From Fidelibacterota bacterium (lineage in GTDB: Bacteria; Fidelibacterota; UBA8477; JABMPR01), in assembly GCA_013203185.1 (NCBI GenBank), contig JABMOS010000113.1:6677-70676 (forward strand): 64,000 nt of DNA, read 5' to 3'. Under the pieces are notes generated by a model. That model was given only the letters and a program-made list of their open reading frames with translations, made no database searches and was not told the origin of the DNA. Below are positions 10,412-19,791 of the stretch, piece after piece; position 1 is the stretch's first letter; each line of letters begins with the position of its first letter. The position numbers and the translations under genes were made by a program.

Positions 10412-10426
10412 TGGCATATGCATTGA
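10412..10426 (+). promoter_or_regulatory. Possible sigma54 -24/-12 promoter (TTGA variant)
   Basis: TGGCATATGCATTGA: GG-N10-GA, intergenic, upstream of the 10567 CDS. Confidence 0.35.
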
Positions 10427-10566
10427 CATAATAAGGTGCATGATTCTCGTGGGTAGAACCAACTATGCATTTATTAAAACCTATCTGAATCGTGGTTATC
10501 TCACATACATGACACCTGTGGGAAACTGAAAAGATATTGACACCGAGCACACATATTGGGATTATT

Positions 10567-13239
10567 ATGAAATATGCCATTTTCTTTCTCGCCATTTTTG
10601 CAAGCCTGTTTGCCTATGAAGAACCTTATGATCCAAACAACTACAGAGAACGTGAAGTCAAGGCGATCAAGGTTTCTGAACCGCTAATAATTGATGGTCA
10701 CCTGGACGAGGCCCTCTACCAGGGTACCAGCTACTCTGATTTTATTCAGTACGAACCCTTCAATGGTGCCAAAGCAGGGCAGAAAACAGATCTGTGGATT
10801 GCCTATGATGATGCAGCCATCTACGTGGGGGCACGCATGTGGGATACTAGTCCTGATTCAGTTGTAGGAAGAATTGGGCGCCGTGATGCCTATCTCAACT
10901 CAGATATTTTTGAAGTTATCATTGATTCATATCATGATAAACGATCAGGTTTTTCGTTTCAGATTAATCCAGCTGGTTCCATGAGAGATGAAGTGTATTT
11001 CAATGATTCCTGGACTGATGATTCCTGGGATGGTATCTGGGAAGGCAAAACCAGAATAGATGATAAAGGTTGGACGGCGGAGATGAGAATTCCTCTTTCC
11101 CAGCTAAGGTTTAGCGAAAAAGAAGAATATGTCTGGGGTATTCTCCCCACACGGTACATCCAGCGAACTGGGGAGTGGGATTACTTTGTTTATTTTCCCC
11201 TCAATGAGAGTGGTGCCATGAGCCGAACGGCAGATCTGACTGGAATTAGAGATATTCATCCGCCCAAACGAAGAGAATACTTGCCATATATTACAGCCAG
11301 CGCGAGCAATCTACCCACCCGAAAAGACAATGCATTTATTGAGGGGAAAGACAGTGATTTTGGATTCGGGGCTGATGTGAAGCTGGGAATTGGTGCAAAT
11401 CTCACAGTGGATGCTACTATTAATCCTGATTTTGGCCAGGTAGAGGCTGATCCCTCCTCAATCAACTTGTCAGATTTTGAAACATATTATGATGAGAAAA
11501 GACCCTTCTTTCTAGAAGGTCGAAGCATCTTTCGTTTTGGCAATGGAGGTCCTACAAACAACATTGGTGTCAATTTTAGTGAGCCAAGTTTCTTTTATAG
11601 CCGCCGTATTGGTCGTCCACCCCAGGGCTATGTATCCTCCACACCATCTGATTCTCTCGATCATCCGTCTGAGACTAGGATTTTGGGTGCTGCCAAAATC
11701 AGTGGAAAAATTGGTGATAATTGGTCGGTTGGCGGTCTTTCTGCCCTTACAAATCGTGAACATGCCCGGTACTATGAAAATGGAGAAATAATAGAGGAGC
11801 AGGTTGATCCCTTTACCAGCTACAATCTTATTAGAACGCTAAGAGAAATGGACAATGGACGTTATGGCTTGGGCTTGATAGGAACCATGACCAATAGATA
11901 TATGGATGGGATTGGCTTGTATGGCGACCAGGATTCTGAACATGGGTCTACTGAACTGCTCTCCGACCAGGCACTAGGTCTCGGTGTTGATGGTTGGGCA
12001 TTTCTAGGTGAAGATAGGGGCTGGGCCCTCGGTGGTTGGGGAGGCTTTTCTCAAGTGAGTGGTTCAACGGAACGGATGATTAGACTCCAGCATAGTCCCA
12101 GTCATTATTTCCAGCGTCCAGATGCCAATCATGTTGAACTTGATTCTTCAATGACATCAATGGCTGGTTCTGCAGGTCGCATTAAGCTTAACAAGGAGGG
12201 TGGCCGGGTTCAATTTAACGCAGCACTTGGATGGGTATCACCAGGCTTCGAATCCAATGACATGGGGTTGGCTTTTTCCTCAGATGTGATCAACAAACAT
12301 ATCAATGTGGGCTATAGATGGCTGGAGCATGGTACCTATGTTCGGTCAGCCAGCGCCAGCATTCTCTACGCAAATAACCATGATTTTGAAGGAGTTAAAA
12401 CAGCCGATGTCATTTTTAGCATGGCATCCCTTCGCTTTGTTAATTTTTGGAGCCTGAATATGAATGGTGGCTACTCCTTTGAGGACCTAAACAATAGAGC
12501 ACTCAGGGGAGGACCACGAGTTCCTGAAGCTGCCGGGGCATTTTTTGGTGCAGGTCTAAACTCGGACTACCGAAAAGATATATCCTATTCATTTTCCATG
12601 GATTGGGGTGCAGACCAGGATGGTGGAGACGAACTTGGTTTATCCATGAATCTGAATATGAAGCTAGGTGATCAACTAAATCTATCCATAGGACCATCTA
12701 TTTACTGGGAATCAGATATGGCTCAGTACATCACAGCCGTGGATGATCCCGCCAATACTGCAATGTATGGGAAACGCTATATCTTTTCTAAATTGGATCA
12801 AACGGTAACCTCCGCTGATATCCGTATTGATTACCCCATCACGCCTCGCTTTAGTCTGGAAGGCTATTTCCAGCCCTTTATTGCCGTAGGTGACTACTCT
12901 GGATTTAAAGAGTACAAACGGCCTGAATCTTCGGAGTTCCTTGTCTATGGTGAGGAAGGATCAACCATAGATGAAAATTATCTCATTGATCCAACAGGTG
13001 GTGATGATGCAGATGCCTTCACACTTTATAATCCTGATTATAATTATAAGGCCCTCGTGGGAACCATGGTATTGCGCTGGGAGTTTTCACCAGGCTCCAC
13101 CATGTTCCTGGTCTGGACTCACAACGGCTCAGACTTTCAGAACCATGGCACCTATGATTTTGCTAAAGATTTTAAGCGATTGATAAAATCAGAGGCAGAC
13201 GATGTATTCGCCTTAAAATTCTCGTATTGGTTTGGGTAG
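10567..13239 (+). CDS. CBM9-like domain plus DUF5916-like outer-membrane protein
   Basis: Signal peptide from ATG 10567; IDGHLDE, YDDAAIYVGARMWD, GWTAEMRIPLSQLR (CBM9-like); TINPDFGQVEAD and EKRPFFLEG (DUF5916-type); barrel-like C-terminus KFSYWFG. Confidence 0.8.
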   Translation: MKYAIFFLAIFASLFAYEEPYDPNNYREREVKAIKVSEPLIIDGHLDEALYQGTSYSDFIQYEPFNGAKAGQKTDLWIAYDDAAIYVGARMWDTSPDSVVGRIGRRDAYLNSDIFEVIIDSYHDKRSGFSFQINPAGSMRDEVYFNDSWTDDSWDGIWEGKTRIDDKGWTAEMRIPLSQLRFSEKEEYVWGILPTRYIQRTGEWDYFVYFPLNESGAMSRTADLTGIRDIHPPKRREYLPYITASASNLPTRKDNAFIEGKDSDFGFGADVKLGIGANLTVDATINPDFGQVEADPSSINLSDFETYYDEKRPFFLEGRSIFRFGNGGPTNNIGVNFSEPSFFYSRRIGRPPQGYVSSTPSDSLDHPSETRILGAAKISGKIGDNWSVGGLSALTNREHARYYENGEIIEEQVDPFTSYNLIRTLREMDNGRYGLGLIGTMTNRYMDGIGLYGDQDSEHGSTELLSDQALGLGVDGWAFLGEDRGWALGGWGGFSQVSGSTERMIRLQHSPSHYFQRPDANHVELDSSMTSMAGSAGRIKLNKEGGRVQFNAALGWVSPGFESNDMGLAFSSDVINKHINVGYRWLEHGTYVRSASASILYANNHDFEGVKTADVIFSMASLRFVNFWSLNMNGGYSFEDLNNRALRGGPRVPEAAGAFFGAGLNSDYRKDISYSFSMDWGADQDGGDELGLSMNLNMKLGDQLNLSIGPSIYWESDMAQYITAVDDPANTAMYGKRYIFSKLDQTVTSADIRIDYPITPRFSLEGYFQPFIAVGDYSGFKEYKRPESSEFLVYGEEGSTIDENYLIDPTGGDDADAFTLYNPDYNYKALVGTMVLRWEFSPGSTMFLVWTHNGSDFQNHGTYDFAKDFKRLIKSEADDVFALKFSYWFG

Positions 13240-13271
13240 TAAACTGCCTGAACAATTCATTGGACATACGA

Positions 13272-13305
13272 AAGAGGGGCCGGCTTAGCTGGCCTCTTGC
13301 TTTTT
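13272..13305 (+). terminator. Probable rho-independent terminator
   Basis: GGGGCCGGC-TTA-GCTGGCCTC hairpin followed by a T-run, downstream of the 13239 stop. Confidence 0.6.
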
Positions 13306-13363
13306 ATCTTCCCCTGTCCGTATGATGGTTTAGTTTTGTCCTAAACTAAAATAGGGGTAAAAA

Positions 13364-14344
13364 TTGGAAAAGTACAATTGGGGCATTATTGGAACGGGGA
13401 CCATCTCTAATCTATTTGCTGAAGGTTTGACCACTCTGGATCACGCCTGTATATATGCCGTGGGTTCCCGCAATCAAGCAACGGCAGCGTCCTTCGCAGA
13501 GAAATGGCAGATCAGCCAGGTATATGATTCATATGAAATTTTGTTTGCCGATCCAGAAGTGGACGTTGTCTATATAGGTACGCCCCATAACTTTCATTTT
13601 CAAAATGTTCGAGATGCATTGAATGCCGGTAAACACGTCCTTTGTGAAAAACCCTTCACGCTCAATGGGGTAGAAGCTCGCGAGCTGGTTGCGCTGGCAC
13701 GCCAAAAAAATCTGTTCCTCATGGATGCCATGTGGAATCGCTTTCAGCCCTGGTTTCAGGTCGTAAGTGATCTTTTAAAGGAAGAGCGCTTAGGGGAGTT
13801 GTTGCACTTTAAGGCTGATCTTTCATTTCGATTCGATGTAGGGGCAGAACACAGAATCTATAATCGAAATCTTGGAGGAGGATCTCTCCTGGATCTTGGA
13901 GTATATCCCATTGCCCTGGCTTCGGCATTTATGGGAAAACCCACTGAGATAAAAAGTATGGCACATCTGTATCATACCGGAGTAGATGATCAGGTCTCCA
14001 TGCTATTTGGGTACACATCTGGGGCAACAGCTGAACTGGGGTGTTCCAGTCGCTATTTATCCAAGAATAATGCAACGATCCATGGTTCCAGGGGATTTAT
14101 AGAAATTCACGGCATGATCATTCGACCAGAGAAAATCACCATCCATGAACAAGGGCAGGAGATCGTTGAAATTGAAATGCCCTATACCTCAAATGCCTAC
14201 CAGTATGAAGCCCAGGCTGTCATGGAAATGCTTGAGCAAGGCAATACTGAACATCCCCTCATGCCCCTGGACGAGACCATTGAAATCATGGATACCATGG
14301 ATGAGATCAGGGCAAGTATCCGGGTTGCCTATCCTGGGGAGTGA
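13364..14344 (+). CDS. Gfo/Idh/MocA family oxidoreductase
   Basis: WGIIGTGTIS Rossmann start, HVLCEKP, GGSLLDLGVYP. Confidence 0.92.
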   Translation: MEKYNWGIIGTGTISNLFAEGLTTLDHACIYAVGSRNQATAASFAEKWQISQVYDSYEILFADPEVDVVYIGTPHNFHFQNVRDALNAGKHVLCEKPFTLNGVEARELVALARQKNLFLMDAMWNRFQPWFQVVSDLLKEERLGELLHFKADLSFRFDVGAEHRIYNRNLGGGSLLDLGVYPIALASAFMGKPTEIKSMAHLYHTGVDDQVSMLFGYTSGATAELGCSSRYLSKNNATIHGSRGFIEIHGMIIRPEKITIHEQGQEIVEIEMPYTSNAYQYEAQAVMEMLEQGNTEHPLMPLDETIEIMDTMDEIRASIRVAYPGE

Positions 14345-14629
14345 CACCGCACAAGACCATTTGATGCTATAAAACACACCCAAACTAGAACATGAAAGTA
14401 TTTTAATCTTCAAGTAAAATCCATATTCAGTAACTATAGACCCTAAAGTGTTGATTATTTAGGAATAATGTGAGGAGAATGAAGGTAGCCCTGTAGCCTG
14501 CTCATATTTTTAGTAAAGACTACCCTGTTGTTTATAGAACACTCCTCTCTATATTTCATTGTTCAAAAGTTTTTTAGTAACCTGGGACAATGCTTTACAA
14601 AGGCACATATTGTGTCATGAGCATAGCGG

Positions 14630-14645
14630 TGGCATTCTTTTTGCG
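14630..14645 (+). promoter_or_regulatory. Putative sigma54 -24/-12 promoter for the multiheme lipoprotein
   Basis: TGGCATTCTTTTTGCG fits TGGC-N7-TTGC (GG-N10-GC) in a long intergenic region. Confidence 0.5.
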
Positions 14646-14791
14646 ACATTTTATGCGTTCCATTTTAGTCCTGAATTACAGTTTTACAGATTTTTCTCAA
14701 GAACCAAATAATCTACCCGCCTCGAGATTTGCTTGAATGGCTTACAATCAAGCGATTTGGTGGGTTTTTTTAGAATAAATAGTTGCTGATG

Positions 14792-14808
14792 GTGACTATT
14801 TTTATCAT
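14792..14808. promoter_or_regulatory. 17-bp palindromic site GTGAC-N7-RTCAY (copy 1)
   Basis: GTGAC-TATTTTT-ATCAT; related sites at 19558, 40220 and 51715. Confidence 0.45.
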
Positions 14809-14900
14809 CAAGAGATTCCAATATCTTGGAATGTTTTGATAGGATTTCTCAAACGTAGGAAAAATTGAAAATAACAATAGAAGTTAACATGGAGGAAAAA

Positions 14901-15968
14901 ATGAGTAAAAGACTAAACTTGTTTGCCATTTTGGTTTTAGCCCTGATGGTGATGTTTACAGTTAGTTGTGAAGGACCTGCTGGCGAAATGGGTCTTACTG
15001 GTGCTGATGGTGCTGTTGGTGCTGATGGTGCCGATGCCCAGGTAACTTGTCTATCATGTCACGATAGCGATACAATGCTTGATAACCAGCTAGAATTAGC
15101 TCGTTCACAGCATGGTCTTGGTGATGTTGCAGTAGGTTATGCCGGTGGACGTGCTGGATGTGCCCAGTGTCATTCACATGAAGGATTTGTCGAGTGGGCC
15201 ACCACAGGTACAATTGGTGATGCAAACTATACAACACCTTCACCATGGCAATGTTCAACCTGTCACGGGTTGCACAGAACCTTTACAGAAGAATTTGATG
15301 AAGCTACAGATTACGCATTACGCGTAAATGATCCAGTTGTAGCCATGTTTGATGAAACTGTTACTCTGGACATTGATCCTAGCAGTAACCTTTGTGTCAA
15401 CTGTCACCAATCACGTCGTGGTTATGACAGTATGGTAGACGAGGGTGGCCTTACTGGTACACTCACTAGCTCACATGCTGGTCCCCATCATGGTCCACAA
15501 GCCAACCTGCTTTCTGGTAACAATGGCTCCATGGCTGGCGAACCTTTCGCCCCCCATTTGGGAGCTGGTTGTGTTGGATGTCATATGACTGAAGCTACTG
15601 GTGATGAAACCAATATCAATGGCGGACATACTTTCTGGGCAGTTGCTGAGAAATGTAATGACTGTCATACTGGTCCAGACGTTGTTTTCGATGCCAGCCG
15701 TGATTCTGAATTCGAACACGAAGGCTATTACGACTACAAAGGTTTCCAGACTGAGATAGCTGACAAGCTGCACGAGCTGGGTGGTTTACTGGTTACAGAA
15801 GGTATTCTGGACAGCACCCATTCAACAGTTCCAGGAACGTATGATATTGATACATACAAAGCCTGGTGGAACTACATCTTTATTGCAGAAGATCGCAGCC
15901 ACGGTGTTCACAATCCATATTGGACTGAATCACTATTGGATGAGGGTATTACTGCTCTTACACCATAA
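14901..15968 (+). CDS. Hexaheme c-type cytochrome lipoprotein with a collagen-like linker
   Basis: GGAGG RBS before ATG 14901; lipobox TVSC; seven Gly-X-Y triplets; 6 CxxCH motifs; C-terminal helical region with EDRSHGVHNP. Confidence 0.88.
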   Translation: MSKRLNLFAILVLALMVMFTVSCEGPAGEMGLTGADGAVGADGADAQVTCLSCHDSDTMLDNQLELARSQHGLGDVAVGYAGGRAGCAQCHSHEGFVEWATTGTIGDANYTTPSPWQCSTCHGLHRTFTEEFDEATDYALRVNDPVVAMFDETVTLDIDPSSNLCVNCHQSRRGYDSMVDEGGLTGTLTSSHAGPHHGPQANLLSGNNGSMAGEPFAPHLGAGCVGCHMTEATGDETNINGGHTFWAVAEKCNDCHTGPDVVFDASRDSEFEHEGYYDYKGFQTEIADKLHELGGLLVTEGILDSTHSTVPGTYDIDTYKAWWNYIFIAEDRSHGVHNPYWTESLLDEGITALTP

Positions 15969-15987
15969 GCAATCTTTATATGATTGG

Positions 15988-16016
15988 AAAAACCCCACTT
16001 CGGTGGGGTTTTTTTT
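15988..16016 (+). terminator. Rho-independent terminator
   Basis: AAAAACCCCAC-TTCG-GTGGGGTTTTT followed by further Ts. Confidence 0.9.
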
Positions 16017-16021
16017 GCCCA

Positions 16022-16196
16022 CTGGACATTGAGCTGTCATCCTGATTCGTCACACTGAGGCTCCCTGTGGGGAGTAGCTTTACGAGCGTAGCCCCATCGA
16101 AGTGTTGTGACCCGCACTCCCTTGGCTTCGTCCAGCCTACGCTTCCTTCGACGTCGCTCAGGATGACGCTACGGCGTGGCAAGGTAGCCTCAGCCT
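16022..16196. repeat. Composite nested REP-like palindromic element
   Basis: 16022-16063 matches 29727-29768 at 38/42 nt; GTCATCCTGA...TCAGGATGAC inverted repeat; both arms are interrupted by other short palindromes. Confidence 0.8.
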
Positions 16197-16392
16197 TCTC
16201 TGCAAAATATCCAATCACTTCTCCATAGTACCTCATATCATATCAGCTTAGTTTAGAGGCAAACTTACGATTGTCATAAAACTGAAGATTCCATTTCACG
16301 TATGTGGAACGAGATAAACAAAATGCTAATATGAATTTAATATGCGAAATTAATGTGAGCTGGATGAGCGTTATTAATGGCTTCATGAGATA

Positions 16393-18141
16393 ATGCAGAA
16401 ATTTAGACTCAATTCAAACTCTATTATCGCCTTTTCCTTGGTGCTGGTATCCAGTTTTGTTTTTCTGGTAATAAAATTCTATCAGACCGCCCTTTCGGAA
16501 GCTACCTCCTACCATCAGCAGCTCCAGTCAGAAATGGCAAAAACAGCCACTGCCAGTATGACCAACTACTTCGAGCATCTCACCGATGACCTTCATCTGT
16601 TTTCACAGCTGGGTTTAGAGAATGTTGACGTTTTACAATACTCCAATCAGTTGGGTACTGAAGGAATCAGTTCATGGTTCACTCTTGATGATAATTTTAA
16701 TATTGAGAAAATAGGAGGGAAGGCACTTTCTCAATGGGTAGCCGAAGAACTTCGTATCCTGTCCATTAATGCGTTCGATCCTAGCCATGGACGCGGTCCC
16801 GAATCCCGAACCATTTTCTCACCTGTATACCCAGACAATTTGGATTCTGAAGACCCTCCCTACCATTTCCTGGTCATTTTTCTACCTGAGCGGACTTCAC
16901 AGCCAGATTACCCCTTAAATCCCGTGGTCCGGAATATGGGATTATTAATAAGTTTTGATTGGTTAATGGAAAAATTTGTCACACCCCTAAAATTGGGTAA
17001 GGATGATTTCGCCTGGGTCATGGATAATGGTGGTCGACTCATATATCATCCAAATCATGAAGAAATGCTCCTGCACAATATCAGGGATATTCAGGAGGAT
17101 TGTGCGGAATGCCATAGTTCCTTCAAGATCCAGGAACGAATGATACTGGAGGGGTCAGGAAGGGCAAAATATATCATTGAAGGGGAGCCAGAAAAAATTA
17201 TGGCCTATGAGCCCATACAATATGGTGGATTAAAGTGGGTCCTAGCTATTTCAACCTACTCTCCCTCTGTGGCCCGAGATGTTCTGAGAAACTCCATTGC
17301 CATATTTATCTTATCAGGCGTATTTCTGCTCCTCCTCATTATTACTGGTGGTTCACTTTACTATTTAAACATAAAGCGCGTGTTAGCAGATCAGGCTAAA
17401 AAGCGGATTAGCGAAGTCCAGCGTATCCAGGAAAAGCTGGATCAGGCAACCAAACTGGCCTCCCTGGGAGAGTTGATAGATTCAGTTGCACATGAAATAA
17501 ACACCCCCACTGGGATCATTTCAGCAGTAGCGGATGGGATGATTCTAAATGAAGACCTTGGTGAGGATTCCAAAGGTGAAATGCACGTCATTAAGAAGCA
17601 GGTCCATAGAATAAAGGATTACACGAGGCGGCTACTGGGATATTCTAGGGTCATGCCTTTCAGGCCAGAGGTAAATGATATCCTGGATCTCATCTCCGAG
17701 TGCCTGTTTTTGGTTGGTCCCAGGTTGAACGCAAAAAAGGTAGTGGTTATTAACGAATTACCCGAAACCTGGCCATCCTTCACTTTTGATCGACCCAGGC
17801 TGGAGCAGGTCATCATCAATTTACTCAACAATGCCATAGATTTTGTTGGGTCCAAGGGCCGGGTTACTCTACGTATTGAAAACAGAGATGAAGAATCCTC
17901 CCTGGGGCTGCAAACCTGGCATGTTTTATCTATCGAGGACAACGGGGCTGGAATTCCAGCAGCAGATATCCCAAACATTTTTAAACCTTTTGTGAGCAAT
18001 AAGCCTGGATCACAAGGTACGGGTTTGGGCTTATCCATTTCAAAATCTATTGTTGAAAGACACAGCGGTCGCCTGGAAGTGCAGAGTTCGCCAGGTGAGG
18101 GCGCCACCTTCCTAATCTATTTACCAGCGGATAAATCATGA
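16393..18141 (+). CDS. Membrane sensor histidine kinase with a Cache-like domain containing CxxCH
   Basis: Two transmembrane helices; Cache-like GRLIYHP followed by CAECH; H-box VAHEINTP; NLLNNAID, DNGAGI, GTGLGL. Confidence 0.9.
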   Translation: MQKFRLNSNSIIAFSLVLVSSFVFLVIKFYQTALSEATSYHQQLQSEMAKTATASMTNYFEHLTDDLHLFSQLGLENVDVLQYSNQLGTEGISSWFTLDDNFNIEKIGGKALSQWVAEELRILSINAFDPSHGRGPESRTIFSPVYPDNLDSEDPPYHFLVIFLPERTSQPDYPLNPVVRNMGLLISFDWLMEKFVTPLKLGKDDFAWVMDNGGRLIYHPNHEEMLLHNIRDIQEDCAECHSSFKIQERMILEGSGRAKYIIEGEPEKIMAYEPIQYGGLKWVLAISTYSPSVARDVLRNSIAIFILSGVFLLLLIITGGSLYYLNIKRVLADQAKKRISEVQRIQEKLDQATKLASLGELIDSVAHEINTPTGIISAVADGMILNEDLGEDSKGEMHVIKKQVHRIKDYTRRLLGYSRVMPFRPEVNDILDLISECLFLVGPRLNAKKVVVINELPETWPSFTFDRPRLEQVIINLLNNAIDFVGSKGRVTLRIENRDEESSLGLQTWHVLSIEDNGAGIPAADIPNIFKPFVSNKPGSQGTGLGLSISKSIVERHSGRLEVQSSPGEGATFLIYLPADKS

Positions 18142-19532
18142 AACAAATAGGTCCACGTATTCTGATTATTGATGATGAGCAAGATTTTCTAGAAGCAACG
18201 GCCAATCTTCTCCGTCGCCTCGATTTCGAGCCAATGACAACCAAAGATGTACACTATGCATTGGAGCTTATCGAAAGTCAGAATTTTGATCTTGTTCTAT
18301 GTGATCTGCAAATGCCAGACCTGGATGGTCTGGAGATGTTAAAGCGAATCCGCATGTATGCTAAAGATCTGCCTGTGGTCATCATCTCAGCCTATGGAAC
18401 TATTGACAGGGCTGTTGCCTGTATCAAGGCCGGAGCATATGAATTTATTGAAAAACCGTTTGAAGTGGATCATCTCAAAGTGGTTATCGACAGGGCTTTG
18501 CAATTCTCAAACCTAATAGAAGAACGACAATCCCTCCTGCAGCAACTCAAAGACAAATACAAATTTGAAAATATTATTAGCAAAAGTGACGTGATGCTTA
18601 AGATTTTCAAATTGATTGAAACCGTTGCCCCAACTGATGTCAATATACTCATTACTGGTGAGAGCGGGACAGGGAAGGAACTGATTGCACGAAGTATACA
18701 TACACGGAGCAAAAGACAGGCAAAACCCTTTGTACCAATGAATTGCGGAGCACTCCCTGAAAATCTTTTTGAATCTGAACTTTTTGGATATGAAAAAGGC
18801 GCGTTCACAGGTGCCGATCAAACAAAAATTGGATTATTCGAATATGCTAATACAGGGACCTTTTTCCTTGATGAAGTCTGTGAGATGGCCCATTCCCTAC
18901 AAACAAAGTTTTTACGCGTGCTACAAGAAAGGGAATTGAGAAGATTGGGGGGGCATCTCCAGATACCCATAAATGTCCGTATTATTTCAGCTACTAATTG
19001 CTCACCTGATAAAATACTTGGTGAAGATCGATTGCGGGCCGATTTGTACTATCGATTGAATGTGATTCATATCCATATACCGCCTCTGCGTGAGCGAAAG
19101 GGTGACATCCGATTGCTGGTAAATCATTTTGCCAAAAAGTCCATGGTGACAACAGGCAAAAAGAAACTCAAATTTTCAGCAGAGACACTTTCTCTTCTGG
19201 AAACATATAATTGGCCAGGGAATGTCCGTGAATTGGAAAATGTGATTGAGCGGTTGGTGGCTTTAAGTGATGATACTGTTATTCAGAGTGCCCATCTTCC
19301 AGAGCAATTCCACAGCTTGGAGCCAACGCAAGAAAATTTTGACTCCCTGTCCTTCAAACAGGCCCGCACCCGTGAAATAGATAAGGTAGAACAACGCTAT
19401 CTGAAATTCCTCCTTCGCAAACACAAAGGAAATGTGACGCGTATCGCCGAGGAAGGGGATATGACCAGACGGAACACGTATCGATTGCTACAAAAACATA
19501 ACATCGATCCTGAGGATTGGCGACTGCTATAA
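18138..19532 (+). CDS. Sigma54-dependent response regulator (NtrC/AtoC family)
   Basis: REC domain, GESGTGKE Walker A, GAFTGA, WPGNVRELEN, C-terminal HTH. Confidence 0.95.
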   Translation: MKQIGPRILIIDDEQDFLEATANLLRRLDFEPMTTKDVHYALELIESQNFDLVLCDLQMPDLDGLEMLKRIRMYAKDLPVVIISAYGTIDRAVACIKAGAYEFIEKPFEVDHLKVVIDRALQFSNLIEERQSLLQQLKDKYKFENIISKSDVMLKIFKLIETVAPTDVNILITGESGTGKELIARSIHTRSKRQAKPFVPMNCGALPENLFESELFGYEKGAFTGADQTKIGLFEYANTGTFFLDEVCEMAHSLQTKFLRVLQERELRRLGGHLQIPINVRIISATNCSPDKILGEDRLRADLYYRLNVIHIHIPPLRERKGDIRLLVNHFAKKSMVTTGKKKLKFSAETLSLLETYNWPGNVRELENVIERLVALSDDTVIQSAHLPEQFHSLEPTQENFDSLSFKQARTREIDKVEQRYLKFLLRKHKGNVTRIAEEGDMTRRNTYRLLQKHNIDPEDWRLL

Positions 19533-19557
19533 TTCACCCTGTCACTTTTTAGTCACA

Positions 19558-19574
19558 GTGAAATAAAAATTCAC
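19558..19574. promoter_or_regulatory. 17-bp palindromic site (copy 2)
   Basis: GTGAA-ATAAAAA-TTCAC upstream of the multiheme operon. Confidence 0.45.
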
Positions 19575-19634
19575 ACGTCGACGTAACTCCATATAAAACA
19601 GGTCAATAAAGCGGTAATAGCGAGGTATTTTGGC

Positions 19635-19665
19635 TGATTAATGTCCCACTAGTGGGAATTAATCA
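19635..19665. promoter_or_regulatory. Near-perfect 31-bp palindrome, candidate enhancer or operator
   Basis: TGATTAAT-G-TCCCACTAGTGGGA-ATTAATCA, about 60 bp upstream of a sigma54-like promoter. Confidence 0.5.
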
Positions 19666-19726
19666 CGTCTCTGACACGGCATATAAACACAATATAAACA
19701 GTATAATAAGACACGATGCTAATTAC

Positions 19727-19741
19727 TGGCATGCAAATTGA
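19727..19741 (+). promoter_or_regulatory. Putative sigma54 promoter of the multiheme operon (TTGA variant)
   Basis: TGGCATGCAAATTGA, 50 bp before ATG 19792 and just downstream of a sigma54 activator gene. Confidence 0.5.
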
Positions 19742-19791
19742 GATATAAGGGGAAACTCCACAATTTTATTTCAATTAAGCTGAGGTATATC

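Noticed and set aside
15976-16236. 86-aa minus-strand ORF
   Set aside because: Runs through a terminator and the nested repeat; a chance open frame in palindromic DNA.
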